Shown in pieces: positions 7,397-15,343 of a DNA stretch of 17,199 bases. The notes beneath the pieces are model-generated. The model was not told the DNA's origin, searched no databases, and saw only the letters and a list, made by a program, of their open reading frames with translations. A program made the translations under genes and the position numbers. Numbering within the stretch: position 1 is the stretch's first letter; each line of letters opens with the position of its first letter. The DNA is from an uncultured Deferribacteres bacterium (lineage in GTDB: Bacteria > Zhuqueibacterota > Zhuqueibacteria > Zhuqueibacterales > Geothermadaptataceae), in NCBI GenBank assembly GCA_964014485.1, contig CAXHAT010000169.1, forward strand, positions 1 to 17,199, in the 5' to 3' direction.

Positions 7397-7802
7397 AGTC
7401 GCCGCTCTCTATTAGTAATTTCCGCTCTTCAATCCGGTATGGATAGTTAAGCTGTAGCAGCCTGGCGGTAGCGCGGCCTTCAGGCGTAAGTGGAATGATC
7501 TCAGCCCCAATCAACTGGAAATGTTTTCCCCAATTGTCTAATCGTGGGTTAAAAAGACGGACTATATCGTTCGTTGACGGATCGATGGATGCAATATCAC
7601 TGCCTTTTCTCCTGTTACAGAACGGGCAAGAAAGCGCGAGATTTTCAGAATGTGACTTTCCCTGATGTTTGAGGGAAATGATATGATCGATTTCAAACAC
7701 GATGAACGCCCCGGTTTGTGGTATGTGACAATATTCGCACCGTCCACATGCGCGTTCGATAATTTTTTTTCGAAGCTTGGCGGAAATACGTACAGCGCTC
7801 AT
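7389..7802 (-). CDS. HNH endonuclease
   Basis: RACGRCEYC, EIDHII, H-G, NLALSCPFCNRRKG, LFNPR, G.T..GRAT-like tail; overlaps the hypE start by 8 nt. Confidence 0.9.
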   Translation of the reverse strand: MSAVRISAKLRKKIIERACGRCEYCHIPQTGAFIVFEIDHIISLKHQGKSHSENLALSCPFCNRRKGSDIASIDPSTNDIVRLFNPRLDNWGKHFQLIGAEIIPLTPEGRATARLLQLNYPYRIEERKLLIESGDFE

Positions 7803-7806
7803 CGCC

Positions 7807-8160
7807 TCACGCAGCTTTGAGCTTTATCAAGGCTTTCGCTTTGGCCAATCGAACCAGATGTTCCAAAAATTCATACTTCTCCCATTCCCTTTCTTCAGAT
7901 TCTGATAAACCTGTTGATCGATTTTTTTCCAAAAGTTCGCTTATCCGTTTCTGTAACGGAGGAGAGGGTTGTAACGCCAACACTTCCTCCGGCGCGGGCA
8001 AATCAGCCAGGCGTTCCAGAACTTGAGCCAGCCCTTCAAAGCCTGGAATTTTTTCGGCGTTCAGCTCTCGTAACCCCAATTCCAGTATTTTCGGCAATTC
8101 ATTTTCGTGAGTTTGCAGGTTTGCAGCTAGTTCGTCGGGGATTTGCAGCTTTATGACCAT
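7807..8160 (-). CDS. Conserved-looking helical hypothetical protein, putative antitoxin/regulator partner of the HNH gene
   Basis: 117 aa; N-terminal IKLQIPDELAANL resembles a ribbon-helix-helix start; C-terminal ELLEKNR..GLS..E..EW..Y..LEHLVRLAK; 4 nt from the HNH start. Confidence 0.75.
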   Translation of the reverse strand: MVIKLQIPDELAANLQTHENELPKILELGLRELNAEKIPGFEGLAQVLERLADLPAPEEVLALQPSPPLQKRISELLEKNRSTGLSESEEREWEKYEFLEHLVRLAKAKALIKLKAA

Positions 8161-8217
8161 GATCTATTTCCTGGGCTTTTCGAAAAGACGCGAGAGAACG
8201 TTTTTAATTATCGGAGA

Positions 8218-8246
8218 AATATAATCGGTATAACTGCCGATTGCAA
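8218..8246 (-). promoter_or_regulatory. Putative sigma70 promoter with a palindromic operator in the spacer
   Basis: Minus strand TTGCAA-17 nt-TATATT; dyad AATCGG-N8-CCGATT at 8223-8242. Confidence 0.6.
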
Positions 8247-8323
8247 GATTCAAAGAGTCGGAGATTATCAAAAGGTTCTTCGGGGTTTTGGCGGAAAGAT
8301 TCCGCGGCTCTACCTCAAAAGCT

Positions 8324-9415
8324 TTAAGTCATTTGTCTGTGATAACGAAAATAAGCCGAGCAAGCGCCTTCGGAGGAAACCATTGTCGCACCAAGCGGCG
8401 ATTGCGGGGTGCATTTTTTGCCGAACGCCGCACAGTCCGTCGGCTTCTTCAAACCTTGCAAAACCAATCCGCTGATGCACTCCGCGGGTTCTTCCACGTT
8501 CATTTCGCTCAGCTCAAAAACGGCTTCCGCGTCATGCGCCCGGAATTGCGAGCGTACGCGCAAACCGCTTTGCGGAATCTCGCCGACGCCGCGCCACTTG
8601 CGATGCGTAATTTCAAAAACGCGATTGACCAAATCCTGAGCCGGCGGATTCCCTTCGCGCCGGACGACGCGCGCGTATTGATTCTCCACTTCCGCACTGC
8701 CTTTTTCAAGCTGACGCACCACCATCAAAACGCCCTCAACGATGTCCATCGGCTCGAACCCGGTGACGACAATCGGGACGTTAAATTGGCGCGCGATAGG
8801 TTCATATTCGTGCCAGCCCATCACCGTGCAAACGTGCCCGGCCGCAAGGTAGCCTTGCACTCGATTCTGCGGCGAACTCAGCAACGCGCGCATTGCCGGC
8901 GGCACCAGGACGTGGGAGACCAAAACTGAAAAATTGTTCAGCCCCTCGCGGTGCGCCTGCCAGACCGCCATCGCGTTGTTCGGCGCCGTCGTTTCAAAAC
9001 CGACCGCGAAAAAGACCACTTTTTTATCCGGGTTTTCGCGCGCAATCTTGACCGCGTCCAGCGGCGAATAAACAATGCGCACGTCGCCGCCTTCGGATTT
9101 GACCATAAACAAATCTTTTTCCGAACCGGGTACGCGCAGCATGTCGCCGAACGAGGTGAAAATAACCTCAGGCCGTGCGGCGAGGGACAGCGCTTTATCA
9201 ATCTGCTCCAGCGGGGTGACGCAAACCGGGCAGCCGGGCCCATGCACCAGTTCGATTTCCGGCGGAAGCAATTGATCGACGCCGTTTTTGATAATGGAAT
9301 GGGTTTGTCCGCCGCAAACTTCCATAATCACCCACGGCTGCGTCACTGTCTCGCGGATTTCTTCGAGCATCTGCCGCACGATTTGGGGATTGCGGTACTC
9401 ATCGAGATATTTCAT
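8324..9415 (-). CDS. hypD: Hydrogenase maturation protein HypD
   Basis: [32 protein letters not shown]-terminal C...[21 protein letters not shown]. Confidence 0.97.
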   Translation of the reverse strand: MKYLDEYRNPQIVRQMLEEIRETVTQPWVIMEVCGGQTHSIIKNGVDQLLPPEIELVHGPGCPVCVTPLEQIDKALSLAARPEVIFTSFGDMLRVPGSEKDLFMVKSEGGDVRIVYSPLDAVKIARENPDKKVVFFAVGFETTAPNNAMAVWQAHREGLNNFSVLVSHVLVPPAMRALLSSPQNRVQGYLAAGHVCTVMGWHEYEPIARQFNVPIVVTGFEPMDIVEGVLMVVRQLEKGSAEVENQYARVVRREGNPPAQDLVNRVFEITHRKWRGVGEIPQSGLRVRSQFRAHDAEAVFELSEMNVEEPAECISGLVLQGLKKPTDCAAFGKKCTPQSPLGATMVSSEGACSAYFRYHRQMT

Positions 9416-9705
9416 GGCGAGTCCTTCTCCTCGCCGTCGTCTAACGGCATGCCGAAAATGTCTTCACCCTGGTCGGCGGCTTCTTGCACGATCTCTTCCC
9501 AAACCGCATAGGTTTTGCGCGCTTCTTCTTCGTCGATCACGCTGATGGCAAATCCGGCATGCACCACGGCGTATTGGCCTATCTTGATGTCCGGCACATA
9601 TTCGAGACAGGCTCGATTCACCGTTCCGGCATAATCCAAACGGCCCATTTTCAGGCCGTGTTCTTCATAAACTTCAATCAATTTTCCAGGAATCGCGAGA
9701 CACAT
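9412..9705 (-). CDS. hypC: Hydrogenase assembly chaperone HypC/HupF
   Basis: N-terminal [19 protein letters not shown] overlap with hypD. Confidence 0.96.
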   Translation of the reverse strand: MCLAIPGKLIEVYEEHGLKMGRLDYAGTVNRACLEYVPDIKIGQYAVVHAGFAISVIDEEEARKTYAVWEEIVQEAADQGEDIFGMPLDDGEEKDSP

Positions 9706-9748
9706 CTTTCTTGAAATCCCAATTCATAAAATTCAAGTGACAAACCCA

Positions 9749-12349
9749 TCAGGTTCGATTAATTCTTGCTTTCGCGACGGCGATTTGGCCGAGCGCCAAC
9801 CCGCCGTCGTTGCACGGAATCGTTTTGTGCGTTAAAACTTCAAATCCAGCAGCGCGCAATCGTTCAATAATCACAGAGAAAAAAAACGCATTTTGAAAAA
9901 CGCCGCCGCTTAAGCCAACTCGATGCAGTCCGGTACTTTCGGCGGCAAGCATCGTTTGCTGAACGAAAATTTCGGCCAACGTGCGATGAAAACGAGCGGC
10001 GATTTTCTTACTTGGCACATCTTTTTGAATATCATCGACGATGCAGCGAATGAGCGGTGCTGTTGTAATGGCTCCAAACTCCGCTTTCGCCGATTCGACG
10101 GCTTCGGCGTAAATCGATTTTTCCTTTTCATCCGCGCACATTTCCAGCGCGATTGCGGCCTGCGCTTCGAAAGAAATTTCCGCGCCAAGACCGAGCAGCG
10201 CCGCAACCGCGTCGAAAAGCCTGCCGCAGCTCGAAGTCAGCGGTGCGTTCAAACCTTGACGGATCATTTTCAGCACAACTCGGCGGCGTTCATCAGGAAT
10301 CGACTTTAGCGATCCCGGGATGAATTGTTCCGCTTCCTGGCCGAACGCGGCTTGCAAATAACTGAGCGCCATACGCCAAGGCTGCCGAATCGCCGCATCG
10401 CCGCCGGGCATGGGCGCAGGTTCGAGCCAAGCCGTGCGCTCAAAATCCGCGCAATCGCCGACGAGAATCTCTCCGCCCCAAATCGTTCCGTCCGTTCCAT
10501 AGCCGGTTCCGTCGAGAATCACGCCGATGGTCGGCTCCGTCACGCCGTTTTCGGCCATCACGGCGGCGAGGTGCGCGTGATGATGCTGCACGCCGATTTT
10601 AGGCGCGCTTTGCCGCAGCGCCCATTTGGTGGAAAGGTATTCAGGATGCAGATCGTGTGCAATCCACTCCGGCTGAACTTGCAGGATTTTTTGCAGATGC
10701 GTGACGCACTCTTCAAAAAATTGCATGGCTTTCGGGTTGTCGAGATCGCCGATGTGCTGGCTGAGAAAAGCTTGGTCGCTGCGAGAGAGCGCAATCGCGT
10801 TTTTCAATTCGCCGCCGCAGGCGAGGATAGGGTGATGGAAGGTAGAAGTTGACGTCTTTTGATTGAGTGTGTTTGCATGAGGGCGCCTCAGTTTACCCAC
10901 CCCTGGCCCCCTTTTAGGGGTAGGTTTTTCCCTTTTGCTCGAAAGCACCGCTTCTGTCATACCCGCGCAAGCGGGTACCCAGCTTTGGGGCGCCGTTGTC
11001 TGGATACCCGCCTGCGCGGGTATGACATGGCGGATTATACTCAGATTTTCAGAAAACCTACCCTTGAAAGCCCCTGCCTTTTCCCTGGAGAGGCCGGGGG
11101 TGGGTTTTGTGCGCCGCCGCACTTCGCCGTTCATTTTATCACCCAATTGCACAGGCGCAGGTACGAACCCGCGCGCACGCCGCAAGACGCGGGTTTCATT
11201 GAGACAAAATCGAACGATGGAATCATCGCAGCGCTGCAAAATTTCGCGGTTATGCAGCAGAAAACCGTCGGCGATTCCAGCCAGCCGTTCCAGAGCTTCA
11301 TCGTTAGAAATCGCAATCGGCTCTTCCGAGAAATTGGCGCTGGTCATCACCAACGCTGGAAAATTGTCGCGCAAAAGCAAGTGGTGAAGCGGCGTTGCGG
11401 GAAGCATAAAGCCGAGATTCCTGTTGCCGGGCGCAATGTTCCGGGGAAGCTCATTTTTCATTTTCGCACGCAAAATCACAATGGGCCGCGCAACGCTTTC
11501 CAAAGCGCTTCGTTCCGCTGCATTTATTTCACAAAAACGCGCGACGGTTTCCACGTCTGGAGCCATCAAAGCGAACGGTTTTTCCGCACGCCCTTTGCGC
11601 TCGCGCAAGCGCTGCACCGCCTTTGCGTTAAAAGCGTCGCAAGCGAGATGAAAGCCGCCGAGACCGCGAATCGCGACGATGCGCCCGGCCTTTAACCATT
11701 CGATAGTCGCGGCAATCGCATCGTTCGTTTTGGGTCCGTTGTCGTCAGGATTGTAAAAATTCAAGGAGGGGCCGCAGTCCGCGCAGGCGTTTGGCTGTGC
11801 GTGAAATCGGCGATTTTCAGGGTCGTGATATTCTCGCAGACAAGCTTCACATTGCTCAAAAACCGCCATCGAGGTGAACGGGCGGTCGTAGGGCACGCCG
11901 GAAATGATTGTGAAGCGCGGGCCGCAGTTGGTGCAGTTGATGAAGGGATAACGATAGCGTCGGTCTTTCGGATCGAAAAGTTCGCGCAGGCAGTCATCGC
12001 AGACATTCAAATCCGGCGAAATCAGCGTTGACGGCGCGCCGTTTTGCGTGCTGGCGATGATGGAAAAACCGTTCTCGCGCCGAGGGCTGATTTGCTCAAC
12101 GGCAAGATCGGTGATATGCGCAGCGTCCGGCGCTTCTTGCTGAATCGCCGCCGGAAAATCCGCAAGTTTTTTCGCAGCGCCCTGAACTTCGATCACAACG
12201 CCGTCGCCGTCATTTTGAACGAAACCGGCCAGCGCACGTTCTTGCGCCAGGCGGTAAACAAAAGGACGAAAGCCAACGCCTTGCACAACGCCGTTGACGC
12301 GAATTCTCTGACGGCTGGTCTCCACCGTACCTAAAGCTGCTTTTGGCAT
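9749..12349 (-). CDS. hypF: Carbamoyltransferase HypF with an in-frame ~95 aa repeat-derived insertion
   Basis: Acylphosphatase GVVQGVGFRPFVY; Zn fingers CDDC/CTNC/CEAC/CADC; YrdC-like GLGGFHL, TSAN, DDS, RRARG; Kae1-like DLHPEY, QHHHAH, DGTGYG, SSCGRLFD, NDGGLALGQ. Confidence 0.96.
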   Translation of the reverse strand: MPKAALGTVETSRQRIRVNGVVQGVGFRPFVYRLAQERALAGFVQNDGDGVVIEVQGAAKKLADFPAAIQQEAPDAAHITDLAVEQISPRRENGFSIIASTQNGAPSTLISPDLNVCDDCLRELFDPKDRRYRYPFINCTNCGPRFTIISGVPYDRPFTSMAVFEQCEACLREYHDPENRRFHAQPNACADCGPSLNFYNPDDNGPKTNDAIAATIEWLKAGRIVAIRGLGGFHLACDAFNAKAVQRLRERKGRAEKPFALMAPDVETVARFCEINAAERSALESVARPIVILRAKMKNELPRNIAPGNRNLGFMLPATPLHHLLLRDNFPALVMTSANFSEEPIAISNDEALERLAGIADGFLLHNREILQRCDDSIVRFCLNETRVLRRARGFVPAPVQLGDKMNGEVRRRTKPTPGLSREKAGAFKGRFSENLSIIRHVIPAQAGIQTTAPQSWVPACAGMTEAVLSSKREKPTPKRGPGVGKLRRPHANTLNQKTSTSTFHHPILACGGELKNAIALSRSDQAFLSQHIGDLDNPKAMQFFEECVTHLQKILQVQPEWIAHDLHPEYLSTKWALRQSAPKIGVQHHHAHLAAVMAENGVTEPTIGVILDGTGYGTDGTIWGGEILVGDCADFERTAWLEPAPMPGGDAAIRQPWRMALSYLQAAFGQEAEQFIPGSLKSIPDERRRVVLKMIRQGLNAPLTSSCGRLFDAVAALLGLGAEISFEAQAAIALEMCADEKEKSIYAEAVESAKAEFGAITTAPLIRCIVDDIQKDVPSKKIAARFHRTLAEIFVQQTMLAAESTGLHRVGLSGGVFQNAFFFSVIIERLRAAGFEVLTHKTIPCNDGGLALGQIAVAKARINRT
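10895..11105. repeat. Three-layer nested palindrome inside the hypF coding sequence, with a CGTC REP doublet at its core (10955-11027)
   Basis: Core TGTCATACCCGCGCAAGCGGGTACCCAG / CTGGATACCCGCCTGCGCGGGTATGACA; middle GGGTAGGTTTT (10918-10928) / AAAACCTACCC (11053-11063); outer ACCCACCCCTGGCC (10895-10908) / GGCCGGGGGTGGGT (11092-11105). Confidence 0.85.
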
Positions 12350-12369
12350 AGTTGCATTTTGATTAGCAC

Positions 12370-12605
12370 TTTACGCCGAAGGCGTTAAACTACACAGCCC
12401 AGGGTTTCCGCCCGATCCGTCGGGTGGAAACCCTGGGACAGACGTTCAGAAATTTATAAACCTTGCAAAGGTTTTACAAAAGATGATTTCACGACGATAG
12501 CTTGTAAAACTCTTTCAGAGTTTCAACTTTTCGCCAACGAATTCCCAGGGTATGCCGACAAAACGGCATACCCTGGGCTGTGGGGTTTAACGCCTTCGGC
12601 GTAAA
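12370..12605. repeat. REPIN/BIME-like composite palindrome between hypB and hypF
   Basis: Perfect 21-bp terminal IR TTTACGCCGAAGGCGTTAAAC (12370-12390 / 12585-12605); two CCCAGGGT...ACCCTGGG hairpins; inner AACCTTGCAAAGGTTTTACAA / TTGTAAAACTCTTTCAGAGTT. Confidence 0.85.
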
Positions 12606-12689
12606 CTTGCTTGTTCATTCAATTGGATAAAGAGCTGATATGCTGTCACTTGCGGCGCATTCATCAAATCGCGAGCAGGGATGTTTGCG

Positions 12690-13340
12690 TTACGCCAAGC
12701 CACGCAGCCAATCGAACCACGTCTCCAACCCTTCTCCCGTGCGGCAGGAAACTTCGAATATTTTCAAATCGGGGTTAATCTGCAGAGCGTTTTCACGCAC
12801 GCGCGCCATGTCAAAATCGGAAAAGCCGAGCAGATCGATCTTGTTGATAACCATCACCGAAGAGCGGCGAAACATGCCGGGATATTTCAGCGGCTTGTCG
12901 TCGCCCTCGGTCGTGCTGATGAGCACGACTTTCATATTCTCGCCCAAATCATAGCTCGACGGACAAACCAGATTGCCGACGTTTTCGATGAAGAGCAAAT
13001 CCAGGTCGTCCACGCCCATTTCCGGGAAAACGCGGGTGATCATGCGCGCGTCGAGGTGGCACGTTCCGCCGGTCACCAACGGACGCACGGTTTCGCCGCC
13101 CGCTTGCAAGAGTCGATTCGCATCGTTTTCCGTGCGGACATCCCCGGCGATCAAGCCGATGCGCAATTCCTTACGCAGCGCCGCCAGCGTTTTTTCCAGC
13201 AGACTGGTTTTGCCAGAGCCGGGCGAGCTGACAAAATTGAGGCTGACCACGCCGTATGATTGAAGCTGAGCGCGAATCTCACCGGCCAAACGATCATTTT
13301 CGGAAAGGACTTTTTTGTTGAGGTCAATTTTTTGGGTCAT
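12690..13340 (-). CDS. hypB: Hydrogenase nickel-incorporation GTPase HypB (short form, no His-rich N-terminus)
   Basis: SSPGSGKT, TGGTCHLDA, ENVGNLVCP, KPLKYP, NKIDL. Confidence 0.96.
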   Translation of the reverse strand: MTQKIDLNKKVLSENDRLAGEIRAQLQSYGVVSLNFVSSPGSGKTSLLEKTLAALRKELRIGLIAGDVRTENDANRLLQAGGETVRPLVTGGTCHLDARMITRVFPEMGVDDLDLLFIENVGNLVCPSSYDLGENMKVVLISTTEGDDKPLKYPGMFRRSSVMVINKIDLLGFSDFDMARVRENALQINPDLKIFEVSCRTGEGLETWFDWLRGLA

Positions 13341-14248
13341 TAATGAAGATCCTTGATTGTCGTACTGGTTAAAAGCGTCTCACTAAATTCAAAATCAACG
13401 GATTCAATTTTACATTGCAAAAACATCCACCAACCTTGCGGCAAGTGCCAACCAACCTCGCCCTCGGTCGGGATTTTCACGCCGTTAAATCTGCGATAAT
13501 TGCGAAAACGGCCTTCCCAAGGATATTTGACGTAAGCGTCTCCGAATTTGCCAAAGCGGTCTTCGGTGTAAACGCCGGTGGCTTCGCCTACGTCGTTAAA
13601 CCGGAATTCAAGCGAGACCGAGATTCCGGACTCGGCCAAATGCGCGACGGCGCGATGTTCGTCCACGGCCTGCCAGCGCACGCCGGATTGCGGCAAAAGC
13701 GCGGTCGGGTACCACACGGATTCAGCCAGGTAACGATAGAGCGCGCCAGAGTTGATCTCAGGAAAATCTCTTTCGCCGCCCATCGGAATTGCGGAGAGAA
13801 GCGATACCTTTCCGCCGCCAACGCCATTCACAAACGAATCTCGCACGCGAACATGAAAGCCCGGCGTGATGTTGATTTTTGCGTCCCAAATAAATCCCGC
13901 CGGGTTCACCGCCGCCATGTGCGTCGCCGTGAAAGGGGTCCATTTTTCGGCTTGCGGATTGATTTCCAACACGCCGGTTTGCTGCACGCGGGCGAGCCGG
14001 ATGATGCGCGGGTTTTCGCCGAGGACATTGCGAAAATACCGCTGAACAGGTCGCGGCAGTTCAGCAAATGAACCGAAATCGACGGTAGAACTTTTCGTCG
14101 AAGCGAGTCGCGTCATTTGTTGCGTCAAAGCCTGCGTCTCGCGCTTGAGCCGGGAAGCGCCGACCGCGAGAATTATTGTTATTAAGACCGCCATGCCGAG
14201 CAAGGCGAGAAGTGAGTTTTTTATCCATAAAGCCATTTTGAGCCTCAT
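13340..14248 (-). CDS. Membrane-anchored protein resembling the DUF6544/DUF6920 family
   Basis: N-terminal TM; LPRPVQRYF, GFIWDA, RYLAESVWYPTALLP, PWEG, IPTEGEVGW (family recognised from memory); TAATG overlap with hypB. Confidence 0.7.
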   Translation of the reverse strand: MRLKMALWIKNSLLALLGMAVLITIILAVGASRLKRETQALTQQMTRLASTKSSTVDFGSFAELPRPVQRYFRNVLGENPRIIRLARVQQTGVLEINPQAEKWTPFTATHMAAVNPAGFIWDAKINITPGFHVRVRDSFVNGVGGGKVSLLSAIPMGGERDFPEINSGALYRYLAESVWYPTALLPQSGVRWQAVDEHRAVAHLAESGISVSLEFRFNDVGEATGVYTEDRFGKFGDAYVKYPWEGRFRNYRRFNGVKIPTEGEVGWHLPQGWWMFLQCKIESVDFEFSETLLTSTTIKDLH

Positions 14249-15090
14249 CGTTTAGGGTGCAATAACTTTACGAAAACCCATGAATAGACCAATGAGTCCA
14301 AAAGAATTTCTACGGCGTGCGTCAAAACCAATCCAGGTGGGAGTTGATAGGCGAGCACGACGTCGTAACCAAAAACCGTTGCCCAATGGGCCGCGCCGAG
14401 CGCAAGTATTAGCTGTGTTTTTGTGCCTGTCCAAGAGATCATGACCGGCAGCGTCACCAGCAAAAAGAGCGCGCTTCGAAGCAATTGAACACCGAGAATG
14501 ACGCCCATGCCGGGAATCCTCAGGCCATAATCAAGCCCTTCATAGTATTTCACTACAAATGGGGACGCCAAAATCCCGAAGGCGAGATAAATGATCGGAA
14601 ATGCGAGCAGCGCGCCCAGCATTCGCCGAGCCCAATCCATTCGCGTTTTGTTCTGCCAAAAGCGCGTCCATTTTTGCTGAAACGTCTCCGCTCCGCGCTT
14701 TGAATTTGTGAGCAGAGTTGCCGCGAACGCAAAAAGCAGGCATGGCGTCAACAGAATGATCGTCATCAAATCATACCCGCCAACGCTTGAGTAAATTGCG
14801 CTCTCCAGCGAGGTGCTTATCCCGAAGCAGGCGAAGAAAAAGACAAAAATTGTCAGAAATCGCGTTAAAAAGGCGCCGCTGGTTTTCCTTACAACGGGGA
14901 ACATCGCCAGCGACAAAAGCAGGCTGCCTGAGATCAGGTAGTAAATCGCCGTCGATTCATCCGCTTGTCCGGGCATTCGCGGCGGCGAAACGCCCAGCGC
15001 GTGCAAGGCGACTCTGCTCGCGATCAATCCGAATGCGAAGACAAACGCGCAAAAAACGATGCGCCAGATATTCCCGAAAAACGCTTTCAT
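14245..15090 (-). CDS. Polytopic membrane protein of unknown function
   Basis: 281 aa with about 8 hydrophobic segments; ATGA overlap with the downstream gene. Confidence 0.75.
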   Translation of the reverse strand: MKAFFGNIWRIVFCAFVFAFGLIASRVALHALGVSPPRMPGQADESTAIYYLISGSLLLSLAMFPVVRKTSGAFLTRFLTIFVFFFACFGISTSLESAIYSSVGGYDLMTIILLTPCLLFAFAATLLTNSKRGAETFQQKWTRFWQNKTRMDWARRMLGALLAFPIIYLAFGILASPFVVKYYEGLDYGLRIPGMGVILGVQLLRSALFLLVTLPVMISWTGTKTQLILALGAAHWATVFGYDVVLAYQLPPGLVLTHAVEILLDSLVYSWVFVKLLHPKR

Positions 15091-15166
15091 TGTACCTCGA
15101 AACCGTCCTTTTCAGGTTCAAGTCAATGTCATTGAGTTCAGGCGTGAAGCGCATAAACTTAATGAT

Positions 15167-15325
15167 CTGATGTTACGCGCCAGCTATGAAACCAAAGAAA
15201 CTCCTGTTAAAGTCATTCCCGCGCAGGCGGGAATCCAGTCAATCGCGCACTGCCCCTGGATTCCCGCCTGCGCGGGAATGACATAAAAGCGCCGTTTCGG
15301 AAATTCCAAGAGTGCGTAACATCAG
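15167..15325. mobile_element. MITE C of the CYGATGTTACGC-ended family, carrying a CGTC REP doublet
   Basis: Ends CTGATGTTACGCGC / GTGCGTAACATCAG; perfect 8-bp direct repeat TTAATGAT at 15159-15166 and 15326-15333. Confidence 0.85.
15212..15282. repeat. CGTC-family REP doublet (perfect 27-bp arms)
   Basis: GTCATTCCCGCGCAGGCGGGAATCCAG (15212-15238) / CTGGATTCCCGCCTGCGCGGGAATGAC (15256-15282). Confidence 0.92.
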
Positions 15326-15343
15326 TTAATGATGTTCAACCTT

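Noticed and set aside
10850..11135. HypF insertion as an intein
   Set aside because: No N-terminal Cys/Ser block or His-Asn|C/S/T junction, too short, and largely explained by palindromic DNA
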